Below are positions 37,318 to 47,081 of a DNA stretch of 58,949 bases, piece by piece (position 1 is the stretch's first letter; each line of letters begins with the position of its first letter). This DNA comes from a virus (Duplodnaviria > Caudoviricetes). The stretch is from positions 1-58,949 of the IMG/VR virus record IMGVR_UViG_3300005764_000001. The stretch is one strand, 5' to 3'. Both the position numbers and the translations under genes were made by a program. The notes below the pieces were generated by a model, which was given only the letters and a program-made list of their open reading frames with translations, was not told the origin of the DNA and ran no database searches.

Positions 37318-37656
37318 TCAGGCGGGCTCGAAGTGGACGGGGATCGCCGTGGCCTCGAACAACTCGCGGTCGCCGGCCGCCAGTCGCAGCCGCAGGCGTT
37401 CGGGTGTGTCCGGGGCCGCGAATTGACCTAGATACGTGGATGACGTTTTGCCACCGGTGCGCGAGAACCGTTGGAAGTCCAGGCGTTCGCCGGTCGTGGT
37501 CTGTGCGGTCAGCTCGAAGTAGTCGGGCCCGTCGTCGCCGGGTTGCTCTTGTGGGGGTGGACCTTCGATGAGGACATATAGTCCAGCATCACTACTCGCG
37601 CAGACCACGAGGCGGAACGGGCCTGACGGCACAGCTTCATCGATCCATATCATCAT
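37318..37656 (-). CDS. Hypothetical protein
   Basis: Follows the secreted-protein gene by 9 nt. Confidence 0.6.
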   Translation of the reverse strand: MMIWIDEAVPSGPFRLVVCASSDAGLYVLIEGPPPQEQPGDDGPDYFELTAQTTTGERLDFQRFSRTGGKTSSTYLGQFAAPDTPERLRLRLAAGDRELFEATAIPVHFEPA

Positions 37657-37665
37657 GACGGGAGC

Positions 37666-38187
37666 CTAGAGGATGTCCGAGCAGCCGAGGGTTTGCGTTG
37701 GACCTTGGGCGGGGGTACCTAGATTGCCCAAGAAATCGGATGTGGCGTCGACGACTCCGTACCACCGGCCGGTGGTCCGCACGATGCACGGCAAGGTGTC
37801 GCCGCACCACAGCGAAACTCCGGGTGCCGAGCAGATCCGGTCGTCCTGGTAGACCGAGTGCTCTTTCTCGCCGGAGCCCACGATGCTGTAGAGCCAGGAG
37901 TGAATCCACAGGTTGTCGTCGGTGTAGTTGCAGATGGTCTTGAATCCGTAGTGAACGGTGCGGTTGCTGGCGGAGTATTGCGGGACGGGCGAGTCCTCGC
38001 CCTCACACCAGATGTTGTCAGTCGATGCGTCGGCGGCGGGGCCGGTGGCCTGGTAGCGCGCGTGCCCTGGCACGGTCGGCGGGCCGGCGTATGCCGTCGA
38101 TGGGCCGGACGGGGTGACGAACCATCCGAAGGTGAACAGAGCGAGAAGCGCTGCGATGGACGCACTGCGCCGCAAGGTTGTATTCAA
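37666..38187 (-). CDS. Secreted Cys-containing protein
   Basis: AGGAGG RBS, TTG start, signal peptide ending AYA, six Cys. Confidence 0.7.
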   Translation of the reverse strand: MNTTLRRSASIAALLALFTFGWFVTPSGPSTAYAGPPTVPGHARYQATGPAADASTDNIWCEGEDSPVPQYSASNRTVHYGFKTICNYTDDNLWIHSWLYSIVGSGEKEHSVYQDDRICSAPGVSLWCGDTLPCIVRTTGRWYGVVDATSDFLGNLGTPAQGPTQTLGCSDIL

Positions 38188-38446
38188 CTGGCAGTCCTCC
38201 TAGTCGGGAGGGACAGCGGCGGCCCATCCCCTGTGTGGACCGCCGCTGTCCTATGTGGTTGGACCAACACGTGGACTAACCGCCAGGCACGGGGGGGGGT
38301 ACTGGACCTGGCTGCGCATCCACGTCCATCGGCGCGCACCTCACGAATTGCGACCGGTGGCTTTGGTGGGTGACTCCCTCGCAGCGGTGCCCGCATGGCC
38401 AGTTCGGGGGCACAGCTCGTCGGATCTACGCACGATCGGATGATGC

Positions 38447-38704
38447 CTAGCCGGGGTCGCCGCCTTGGGGATCACGGCGATGCCTGCCGGAAACGCGGAC
38501 GGCAGGGGTGTACGCATCGCCTGGCCTATCCCAGTCGTTCATCATCCATTCGAGGACCCGCTCGATGAGATCCGTAGGGAACTCACTTGCCCGAGGGTAT
38601 GCGCCGGACTGCTTGACTATCGGGTCGAGAAGCGCGCCCGGCTCTCTACGTGGCGGAACCACCGCGCGCCCAATCGCGCGACCATTGCCCAATGGTTCCG
38701 TCAT
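38447..38704 (-). CDS. Small protein divergent from the XRE regulator
   Basis: AAAGGA RBS; GRAVVP motif. Confidence 0.5.
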   Translation of the reverse strand: MTEPLGNGRAIGRAVVPPRREPGALLDPIVKQSGAYPRASEFPTDLIERVLEWMMNDWDRPGDAYTPAVRVSGRHRRDPQGGDPG

Positions 38705-38880
38705 CGCTGCTGAATCCTTTCGTTGACTGCGAGGGAGTCACCCCGCGAGCGCGCACCCTCCCCGTTTCCAGGGCTCAGCTAGGTTGCCTTGCTCGCGGTA
38801 CCCAGACTTCCGCATCATCGATCGATCTGGAACCATCATCGTGTAAGCACGGTGTATGCAAAGTGCGAAGGTGTCCTCAA

Positions 38881-39822
38881 GTGCGGGAGTCTCATGCGGG
38901 TGAGCTGCTGCGCGCGGCTCGGCAATCAGCCGGACTCAGCCTGCGCGAGCTAGCTCGGCGCACCCATTTCAGCGCCATGTATCTCAGCCAGATAGAACGT
39001 GGACAGCGGACGGTCAGGCCCCATCACGTGGGCGCCTACGAGCAAGCGCTCGGCGTGGTCCTGGATCGGATAGCTTCGGTGGCCGGCCTGCCCCGCACCG
39101 TGGACGCTGCGGTGCTCGGCGACCTGGCCGCCATCCTCGCCACCACTCGTCGGGTGGAAGACCGGGCCGGCGCGAAGGCGGTACTTCCGGCGGTGGCAGG
39201 CTTCAGTCTGCTGGTGTCCACGCTGGCCGATGCCGCCCGTGGGGACGTAGCAGCGCCGGCCTTGGGCCTGGCCTCGGAGATCGCCCAATACCGGGGCTGG
39301 CTGCTGCTGGCAACCGGCGATCACAGCCGCGGCGTCAGCCAGCTCGACACGGCGATCAGCGCCGGGCAGGAATCCGGCTTCGGAGACCGGCTGGCAACCG
39401 GGTTGAGCTTCAAGGCGTACGCCCTGCTGCAAGCCGGGAGCCGGTCGGCCGGGCTGGGCCTGACCCAGGCGGCGTTGGCCGTGCCCGTGGTCCACCCCTC
39501 GATCCGCTGCTACGACATGTTTCAACTGGCCCGCATCCACGCCATCGCCGGAGCGCATCGCCAAGCGGAGCGGGCGCTGGGCCAGGCGGTGCGCGCCGCT
39601 GCCCGACTCCACGATGATCCGCCGGCCTCGGTCTACTGGTACACGCAAGGCTTCTGGGCGATGATGCAGGGCCTGATCCTTGGGCTGCTCGGCCACGGCG
39701 ATGAGGCGGTACAGATCACCCGCGCGGGGATCGAGCTGCTGCCCGCCGATCAGCGCCACGCCGAATGGGTCAGCGACTGGGACACCCGCCATCAGGTCGG
39801 GCAGTGGGACCAGATTGTTTGA
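38881..39822 (+). CDS. XRE-family HTH regulator with helical (TPR-like) C-terminus
   Basis: LRAARQSAGLSLRELARRTHFSAMYLSQIERG; start approximate. Confidence 0.85.
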   Translation: MRESHAGELLRAARQSAGLSLRELARRTHFSAMYLSQIERGQRTVRPHHVGAYEQALGVVLDRIASVAGLPRTVDAAVLGDLAAILATTRRVEDRAGAKAVLPAVAGFSLLVSTLADAARGDVAAPALGLASEIAQYRGWLLLATGDHSRGVSQLDTAISAGQESGFGDRLATGLSFKAYALLQAGSRSAGLGLTQAALAVPVVHPSIRCYDMFQLARIHAIAGAHRQAERALGQAVRAAARLHDDPPASVYWYTQGFWAMMQGLILGLLGHGDEAVQITRAGIELLPADQRHAEWVSDWDTRHQVGQWDQIV

Positions 39823-40035
39823 GCTGGCGAACACGGCTGCAACTGTTCGCCCAGGCGAGGCTGCGCCGATCCACTACGGCCTGGTCGCCGCCGCCGCGGG
39901 TAGGGCCGAAAGCCTCTAGCGCAAACGCGCTAGAGATGGGATGCATTTTGCACGCAGACGATCAGTCAGACGGCTTGGTCCGGTCGGGGGACGGCGTGTT
40001 GGGTGTCGAATAGGTGCGAACCAATGGGTACTGTA

Positions 40036-40323
40036 ATGGGCGTGGAGTGTGTGCACTGTGGTACCGCCATAGATGGCTGGCGCCATATTATGCTGCGCTC
40101 CTCGGCCTGGGACGTGGCCGTGCAGCACCGTTTCTGCACCTGGTACTGCGTCGTGAACTATGCCCTGGAGCAGGCGCTCGACGAGGCTTCAGAGATTACG
40201 GTCTCCGATATTCAAGGCGCGATGCCGGCTGATATCGCGGTGCGCATTGAGCAATATTTGGCCGACCCGCAGAATATCCGCGCGCCGCGTGTGCAGCCGA
40301 AACGGGCAGGTAACGATGGGTGA
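40036..40323 (+). CDS. Small Zn-binding hypothetical protein
   Basis: CVHCG...FCTWYC. Confidence 0.55.
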   Translation: MGVECVHCGTAIDGWRHIMLRSSAWDVAVQHRFCTWYCVVNYALEQALDEASEITVSDIQGAMPADIAVRIEQYLADPQNIRAPRVQPKRAGNDG

Positions 40324-40528
40324 GGTAACTGACCGGGTCGAAGTGGTCATCCGTGACCTTATCGACGAGCTGGAGCCCGGCGGGCGGCTGCCGTCAGAAC
40401 GGGAGCTGGCAGCCCGTACCAAAGCAGGGCGCACGACCGTTCGACTGGTTATGACGCGGCTGGTAATGCTCGGCCTGGTCTTGCCGGTGCAGGGACGCGG
40501 GACTTTCGTGGTGGGAGGTCCGCGATGA
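40316..40528 (+). CDS. GntR-family winged-HTH regulator (DNA-binding domain only)
   Basis: PGGRLPSERELA....GRTTVR...L...GLV....GRGTFV. Confidence 0.88.
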   Translation: MGEVTDRVEVVIRDLIDELEPGGRLPSERELAARTKAGRTTVRLVMTRLVMLGLVLPVQGRGTFVVGGPR

Positions 40529-40803
40529 CGAGCCAGACGGTGACGCTGTCCGATCGGCGCACGCTGGTGGCGCGCGAAGGCGCCGGGACGGTCTGCCACC
40601 TGGTCTGCTCGCGGTGTGTGCGCTCGGAGGTGTGGCGTCCGGGGTCGCCGATGCTGTGCGGGGCGCCCGACGAGGTGGGGGCGTTTTGCGCGGCGTTCTG
40701 CCGCCAGCCGGTGTGTTCAGGGTGCGCTCAGCGGTCGCGTGAACACTTCCGAACAATGCATCGAATGTGGTGGATTCTGTCCTGGCGGCGGTGGCGCCGA
40801 TGA
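40525..40803 (+). CDS. Cys-rich hypothetical protein
   Basis: ATGA coupling. Confidence 0.5.
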   Translation: MTSQTVTLSDRRTLVAREGAGTVCHLVCSRCVRSEVWRPGSPMLCGAPDEVGAFCAAFCRQPVCSGCAQRSREHFRTMHRMWWILSWRRWRR

Positions 40804-41001
40804 CCCCCAGGCCGGCAACCGGGGGGAGGGTGAGCAAGCCGCTGGTCCGGGCCGAGACGGGCGGCAGGCTGACAGCGCAGGTTTAGCAAGCGGGGCCGTG
40901 CGGTAGCCCACCGTGCAGCCCTCTGCGGGTGAATTGGGGAGGCGCGTAGTGCCGCTGTGCGGTGCGGTATGGCGGCAAGTGACTGAAAGCAGAGGTGTCC
41001 G

Positions 41002-41295
41002 ATGACAGCTGAGCCCTTGCTGGGCCATCTGAAGCCGGGAGTAAGGGTCAGGATAACGATGACGCACCGGTCGGGGGCGTCTGTGGTAATCGAAGACACC
41101 GTCGCGCAGACCCCTGCGGGCGTGGACTGCGACATTTCGTTGAGCGCTCAAGGACCGGTGTTTCTGCCGTTGCCGCAAGACGGCTGGACCACGCTGGTCG
41201 AGGTGGTCGACGGCAGCGGCTTCGACTTGTATCGAACGGATGACATACATGCCAGCGACGTCGACGGCGTGCCGTCGACTTTTCTACGCCCGTGA
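41002..41295 (+). CDS. Hypothetical protein
   Basis: GAGG RBS near 41011; real start probably ATG 41022 region. Confidence 0.45.
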   Translation: MTAEPLLGHLKPGVRVRITMTHRSGASVVIEDTVAQTPAGVDCDISLSAQGPVFLPLPQDGWTTLVEVVDGSGFDLYRTDDIHASDVDGVPSTFLRP

Positions 41296-42247
41296 TGCGG
41301 GGATAATCGGCGATTCGGAGGTGACACGCAACCAAGGGAGCAAGCAAGTGATCGAGGATCCGACGGGCCGCTGGGTGCCCGACGAGGGCGACTACGGCGT
41401 AGAAGTCGACATCGCCTACCAGACGCGACTGGACGAGCGGACCGGCCGCTTCGGCGTGCGGGTCGTATTCGGCGACCACGCGCGGGTGGAGCTGAGCACC
41501 GAGGGCGCGGTCGCGTACGCCGCGTCGGTGGCCGCCACCCACGAGGAGTCGGTGCAGATGGCGGCGATTCTGGCGCAGAATCTCGCCCTGGGCGCCGTCA
41601 TGCGCGACGCGGTCGGCATGGTGATGTCGATGCGCGAAACGCCGGACTGGCCGAGGCTGGACCACACGGCGACCGGGCCGCTGCGGTTCGAGCCGTTTCT
41701 GGCCGGCGACGGCAGCGAGCCGGCGGTCGCGGTGTTCGCCACCGGGTCGCGGCAGTTTCTGGGCCGTATGGACGGCGCCGATCTGGGTCAGCACATCCTC
41801 AGCGTGCTCACCGTCGCCGGGCGGGCGCAGCTGGACTCCGCATACCGGCAGGGCTTGATCGGAGCCGTCGGTGCCGACGTGAACACGGCGACCAACGCGG
41901 TGCGCGCCCTGGACCAGTTTCGCGACCAGATGCTGCGCGATGTCGACGCCGTGGCGCAGGTCCCCGGCGAGCTGGCGGCGGGGCGGCTGTATGCGACCGG
42001 GCACAGCGACTACGTGGCCAACCCGCCGACCGCCGATCTGGGCCGGATTCTGGCGCGGGTGCCCGACGGCGAGCATTTCTGGACCGCGCACTCGGTGTTT
42101 CGCATCGTCGACCCGTCGGGCCGCGACGGGCCGCTGGTGTTCGACCGCGAAAACCTTCTGACCGTCCACATCGGATGCCTGGTGTGCGAGCGGCAATACA
42201 CGGCTTCACTGGCAGCGCTACCCTGCGAGGGAGAACCTCCGGAATAA
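41240..42247 (+). CDS. Hypothetical protein with C-terminal CxxC
   Basis: Protein-like composition; real start probably about 41321-41348. Confidence 0.6.
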   Translation: MTYMPATSTACRRLFYARDAGIIGDSEVTRNQGSKQVIEDPTGRWVPDEGDYGVEVDIAYQTRLDERTGRFGVRVVFGDHARVELSTEGAVAYAASVAATHEESVQMAAILAQNLALGAVMRDAVGMVMSMRETPDWPRLDHTATGPLRFEPFLAGDGSEPAVAVFATGSRQFLGRMDGADLGQHILSVLTVAGRAQLDSAYRQGLIGAVGADVNTATNAVRALDQFRDQMLRDVDAVAQVPGELAAGRLYATGHSDYVANPPTADLGRILARVPDGEHFWTAHSVFRIVDPSGRDGPLVFDRENLLTVHIGCLVCERQYTASLAALPCEGEPPE

Positions 42248-42266
42248 GGGAAGCGGGGCGGCGGCG

Positions 42267-42482
42267 GTGACGCGCTACACGAGAGTGTGGACGCTCTACA
42301 TCCTCGCCGCGCTCGTCGCCGTGGTGGTGCTGCAACACATGGTCGAAAGCGCCGTACACCGGCCGATGTCGCTGCCGGCGTCGTTCGCGTTCGGGTTCGC
42401 CCTCGGGCTGTGCGCGGGGGCGGCGTTCGACCCGCTGTACCGCGCATACGAGCGGTGGGAGGCGCGCCGGCGGGCGCGCTAG
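42267..42482 (+). CDS. Two-TM membrane protein
   Basis: Two hydrophobic helices and a basic tail. Confidence 0.55.
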   Translation: MTRYTRVWTLYILAALVAVVVLQHMVESAVHRPMSLPASFAFGFALGLCAGAAFDPLYRAYERWEARRRAR

Positions 42483-42581
42483 GGTGGCGGGCAAGAGACA
42501 GTCCCATGGCTGTGCTCTCGCGTGGGCGGGGCCGTCCGGCGGCCTAGGGGGCTACGCCGCGGCGGCCCCGCCTTTGCCGGG

Positions 42582-42710
42582 CTAGCGGTCCTTGAAGATG
42601 CGCCGGGCCATGATCGCCATCGTGACGGCGAACACGATCAGAGCGGCCAGCCCGATCGGAACGCGAAGATCTATCAGTTGCCGCGCAATGTCATCCATAC
42701 TGTCCATCAT
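42582..42710 (-). CDS. 42-aa single-TM peptide
   Basis: MMDSMDDIARQLIDLRVPIGLAALIVFAVTMAIMARRIFKDR. Confidence 0.5.
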   Translation of the reverse strand: MMDSMDDIARQLIDLRVPIGLAALIVFAVTMAIMARRIFKDR

Positions 42711-42725
42711 GGACTGGCGGGGCGG

Positions 42726-42821
42726 CTAGCGGTCCCGTGTCATCCACAAGAGGATGATCGTCGTCGCGAGCAGCACCAGGGCCGCGCACAGAACGATGAC
42801 GGCGGCTACGCCGTTGGCCAT
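42726..42821 (-). CDS. 31-aa single-TM peptide
   Basis: MANGVAAVIVLCAALVLLATTIILLWMTRDR. Confidence 0.5.
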   Translation of the reverse strand: MANGVAAVIVLCAALVLLATTIILLWMTRDR

Positions 42822-42825
42822 GCGC

Positions 42826-43605
42826 TCATTGTGGCGGAGTTTCGCCGGTGACGACGTTCTGGCCGCAGTTGGGGCAGCGCACCCGCCACGCGATGCAGCC
42901 CAGCTGCTCGTACTGGCGGGCGTCGGCCGGGGAGTCGCGGTCGTCGGACATGACGATGTAGGAGTCCAGCCATTCGCCGGTCGGCAGCTGCCAGTCCATC
43001 ACCAGCCAGTACGGGCAGTCGCAGGCGTCGGCCACCTGGGCGGCCAGGCGCGCGGCGGCGGCGTTGAGGCGGCGGCGGAATTCCTCGTCATTCATCGGCT
43101 TCTCCGGACTCGGGCGGCAGGGCGCGGCCCGGCAGCAGGCCGGTTGCCTCGACCGCTTGCAGGGACTTGCGGATCAGGACCAGGGCGCCGTCGCGGTAGT
43201 CGTGCTCGACCAGCGCCTGCAACGACAGCTCGCGGCGGCCCTGCCCGACGTGGACCTCCACCGCGTAGCGGCTGGGCCCGTCGCGGCGCGGGCGGCGGTC
43301 CAGGCGCCGGATGCCCACGGCGATGCCGATCGGCACCCCGTTGATGCGGGCGTCGAAGTGCAGCATCAATCGTCGTCCCCGTCGTCGTCGGCGAGCAGAA
43401 CCGTTCGCAGCCAAGCGTTGTGCAGCGCCGCGATGTGCTCGGCGCTGTCCTTGGACAGCAGCCGGCCGACGGCCGGGTTGCCCTGCGACGGCGGCTCGGT
43501 GCCGACCGTGACGCACCAGCCGCCGATCAGGTCGTCCAGCTGCGCCGTCCACACGCTGTGCGTGGCCGCCTCAAGGCGGTTGCGGGCCTGTTCGGTGGTC
43601 ACCAT
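42826..43605 (-). CDS. Three coupled small hypothetical genes (43366-43605, 43088-43366, 42826-43095)
   Basis: Overlapping stop/start codons; leaderless -10 TATTCT before ATG 43605. Confidence 0.55.
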
Positions 43606-43810
43606 GGCTGCGAGAATAGCCGCGCACCAACGCAATCGCGCTACAGGGCACGGCGGGGGTGTCGCCGCGGGCCACGGCGGCCGGTGAACGCGTGTGGCGT
43701 GAAACGGTTGTCAGTTAACGGTTGTGGCTGGTGTACCTCCAAGTTGGACTGTCACAATCGTTGCGGGGCGCGGGAATTATGGACACGGCGGCCCAGCTGC
43801 GGCTGCGATG

Positions 43811-45292
43811 ATGGGCCGGTGGAACTGACGTCGCACTTTTCCGGATGGCGCCCGGCGCGCCGCGGGCACCGCCAGGACGGCGAGCCGGCGTTTCGCTTCC
43901 AGACCCTGTTCGCCGTCGACGCGCGCGGCGAAGCGGTGTCCGGCGAGCCCGGCGGGCGCTACGGCGGCCTGGGCACGCTGTACATGTGGGGCTGCCACGA
44001 CCCGGCCTCCGGCGCCACGTCGGTGTCGGTGCAGCTGCGCCTTTCCGACCGGCGCACCGCAGCGGCCCTGGCCGCGATGTGCGGGCCGGTCGACCTGATG
44101 ATGGTCTGCAAGATGGCCTACCTGCCGCAGGTCTGCCCCGACGGGCCGCAGCAGGCCCGCGTCAACGTGTACGGGTTCACCCCGGTCCCGCACCGGTGGT
44201 GGCTGGCGCCGTGGCGGCGCCGCACGGTGGCCGGCTCGCTCGCCCAGGGCCAGACGATGTGGTCCGGCGTTGTCGAGCCGGTCCCGCCGCGCTGCCGCGA
44301 ATGAGCCGGCGACTGTCGTGGTGGCACACGCCCAGCGGGCCGCTGCCCGACTGCGCCAGCTGCCGGGCCTGGATGTCCGAAGTGGACGAAGACCGGGAGT
44401 TGCTGGACGCCATGATCGAGCTGTGCCGCGCCTTCGGCGCCGACGTGCAGGCCGCCCGGATGCGGGCGGTGCAGTTCTACCACCGCTACGGCCACCGGGA
44501 GAACACGATGCGCGACAGCCAGCTGGACAACGTGCAATGCCCGCAGTGCGGCCTGGTCGGCGGCCTGCACGTGGACTGGAACCTGGTGGCCGCGCCGGTC
44601 GGCACGTGGAGCCTGGCCGGGCGCTCGCGCAAGGCGGTCGCCTCGTGGCGGCCGGTGCTGCTGTGCGGCGGATGCGACCTGCACCTGGTCGGCGAACGCG
44701 TCGACGAGGACGCCGACGGGCCGCCGGCGGGCGGCTATAGCGGCCCGCGGTAGCCTGCGATGTGTGGCGACGGGTCTGCGGCGGGTCGGGCACTGGCGCA
44801 ACCACCGGTGGGGCTGGGGCCAGCGGCACCTGTGGCTGTTCACCGACGGGACGCAGTGGTGGCTGTACGCGCGCCAGGGCACCGAAGCCGACCCGCGCGG
44901 GCAGTGGAAGGCGTGCTTCGACAGCGAAGCAGCCGCACGGGAGGTCATCGACGGCACCATCGCCGACTGCCAAGCCAACGGCGAGACGTGGTCGGCGTTC
45001 CAGTGATGTCGTACCGGCGCGGTTGAATCCGGCCATGCAAGCCGCGCGGGTACACCAGCCCACCGAGCAGTGCGACGCCGTGCACTGCTACGTCCACGGC
45101 GTCGACGAGCCGGGCCCGTTCGTGCTGGTGTGCGGCGAATGCCGGCACGGCTGGCCGACCGGCGGCGACCTGGTCGCCGATTTCAACAGCGAGGTCGTCG
45201 ACGTGCTCAACGCCAAGTTCGGCCAGGACAAGCCGCACACCGACGACCCCGACGACATCTGGTTCTGCCCGCTGTGCGGGCACGACCTCTAG
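43811..45292 (+). CDS. Run of small hypothetical genes (about 43811-44304, 44301-44753, 44764-45006, 45036-45292)
   Basis: Tightly packed ORFs with CxxC motifs; starts uncertain. Confidence 0.45.
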
Positions 45293-45663
45293 GCCCGCCA
45301 GCGCGATGAGCCGCGCAGCCGGTCGCGGCGCTTGCGCTTGTGCCGCACCGCGTCCATGTCTACGGCGTAGCCCCAGTCGGAGCGCCCATGCAGGACCGTC
45401 CAGGGCTTGACCTTGTCGCCGTTGTACCAGTGGTAGTGCCCCATGTCCTCGCAGCTATAGCGCGTCCAGGCCATATGGCGCGGCCAGCTGCTGGGCTTGC
45501 GGTCCGAGCGGCGGCAGTCGCGGCGCAGCCACACGTCACCGACCGGGCCCCAGATGACGCCCTTGGGCCATGGCGAGGGAGTGAACCGCTTCGGGCCGAT
45601 CGCGATACGGCGCACCGTAATCGGCGGCTCGGGACCGGAAAGCGGCCAGCGGTAGATCCTCAT
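45289..45663 (-). CDS. Basic Trp-rich hypothetical protein
   Basis: Follows 45673-45912. Confidence 0.45.
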   Translation of the reverse strand: MRIYRWPLSGPEPPITVRRIAIGPKRFTPSPWPKGVIWGPVGDVWLRRDCRRSDRKPSSWPRHMAWTRYSCEDMGHYHWYNGDKVKPWTVLHGRSDWGYAVDMDAVRHKRKRRDRLRGSSRWRA

Positions 45664-45672
45664 CGGTGGATG

Positions 45673-45912
45673 CTAGCGGCCCCGGTTGGCCTTGGACCCC
45701 GGGTACACGCCGGTGGCCTCGTGAAAGCGCAGGTTGCAGTAGCCCTTGGCGCCCGGTCCCAGATGCGGTGCGACGCGGGCGACACAGCGGCGCCAAGCGC
45801 CCGAATGCAGCTTGTAGTTGATGTGGGCGGACTTGCCGCGGCTGGTGCCCCGGTCGCTCCAATAGCGGCGGCCCTCGGTCACGATGCGGCGGCTGCCCCG
45901 GCGTGCGGCCAT
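45673..45912 (-). CDS. Small basic protein with a capsid-protease-associated-type domain
   Basis: RYW...I.Y...G.WRRCV......GYC....EATG.YPG; leaderless -10 TACACT 6 nt upstream. Confidence 0.6.
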   Translation of the reverse strand: MAARRGSRRIVTEGRRYWSDRGTSRGKSAHINYKLHSGAWRRCVARVAPHLGPGAKGYCNLRFHEATGVYPGSKANRGR

Positions 45913-46040
45913 GGGGAAAGTGTAGGTCCGGCGCGGCCGTGATCGTCGATCATCTGCCCAGGGCGGGCGCGGGAGCGGGGATTGCCGGAATTCTCGCATC
46001 CGGTGCGGCGCAACAGTTGCGCATGGTGGTGCCGGAGGTG

Positions 46041-46697
46041 CTACTTCGCGGCGGTCAGTGCGTCCACCTTGGACTCGACCTCGCGCAGCTTGCCGATGAT
46101 GTAGTCGAGCTTGACGAACAGGCTGTTGCCGTACTCGTCGCCGGCGGCCTCGCCGACGACCTCGCCGCAGCTGGTGCCGCCGTTGAACATGCCGTAGTAG
46201 GTGTTGGTGAGCATGTGGTCCTGGGTGGCGTTCAAGTCCTCGTCCTCCCCCATCGACGCGACCGACCAGGGTGCGTCGTTGTCGTCCTGCGCGGGGTCGC
46301 CGGAAAAGTGGGCGTGCTCCTCGTGCGGGCTCTCGCCGTGGTACGGCTCGGGCCGGAAATCGTTGCTGCGGCTGTACTCGGTGCGGTTGTAGATGACGTA
46401 CATCAGCCGGTCGGTGTCGGCCGGGGTGGCAAGGATCCGGTCGACGACGTCCTGCATGGTGTGCTGGGTGTTGCCCAGGTCGTCGTCGACGTCGATGGCC
46501 CGGACTTCGGCGATCGAGTCGGAGTCGGTGTATTCCGACTTGGATCCGGGGGTGTCGTCGGGGTTGTGGCCGGAGGTGTGCTCCTGGTGGGCGTCGTCGC
46601 CGATCCAGCCGTCGGAGCGGTGGTCGCGGCCCGGGAACGCGGTGTCGAAGTCCGCACGCAGACGCGCGAGCGCCTTGGTGAGGACGGGGCTGGCCAT
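46041..46697 (-). CDS. Endolysin-like Zn peptidase
   Basis: FPGRD..SDGWIGD..H...S.HNPD, VRAIDVD, YVIYNR and PH..H.H.S motifs. Confidence 0.75.
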   Translation of the reverse strand: MASPVLTKALARLRADFDTAFPGRDHRSDGWIGDDAHQEHTSGHNPDDTPGSKSEYTDSDSIAEVRAIDVDDDLGNTQHTMQDVVDRILATPADTDRLMYVIYNRTEYSRSNDFRPEPYHGESPHEEHAHFSGDPAQDDNDAPWSVASMGEDEDLNATQDHMLTNTYYGMFNGGTSCGEVVGEAAGDEYGNSLFVKLDYIIGKLREVESKVDALTAAK

Positions 46698-46718
46698 GGT
46701 GGTGCCCCCTATCTGTGG

Positions 46719-47081
46719 TCAGGTTTTGCGTCGTCCGCCCTTTTGGGGGCGGGGGCTCGGGATGGCGTACTCGGTGCAGATGGTGCGCACGGAGTTCTCC
46801 GACAGGTTCAGCTCCACCGACACCGTCAGCAGCGACTCGCCCCGGGCGCGGCGCTCGGCGATGTCGGCGGCCAACTGGTCGCGTTCGGGGGTGCCCTTGC
46901 GCGGCAGCCGGTTGGGCGGCTCCTCGGTGCCGTACGCGGGCGCGCTGTACAGCTGCGCGCCGCGGGCCGCCGACAGCTCGTCGCGGCCCGAGCGCACGCC
47001 TTGGGCGGCGCGGGTCTGGTTGCGCCGGGCCGGTTCGCGGTGGCGCGCCTTGGCCGGGCGCCAGTTGTGCGGCTCAGCCAT
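46719..47081 (-). CDS. HTH DNA-binding protein
   Basis: GESLLTVSVELNLSENSVRTI. Confidence 0.65.
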   Translation of the reverse strand: MAEPHNWRPAKARHREPARRNQTRAAQGVRSGRDELSAARGAQLYSAPAYGTEEPPNRLPRKGTPERDQLAADIAERRARGESLLTVSVELNLSENSVRTICTEYAIPSPRPQKGGRRKT

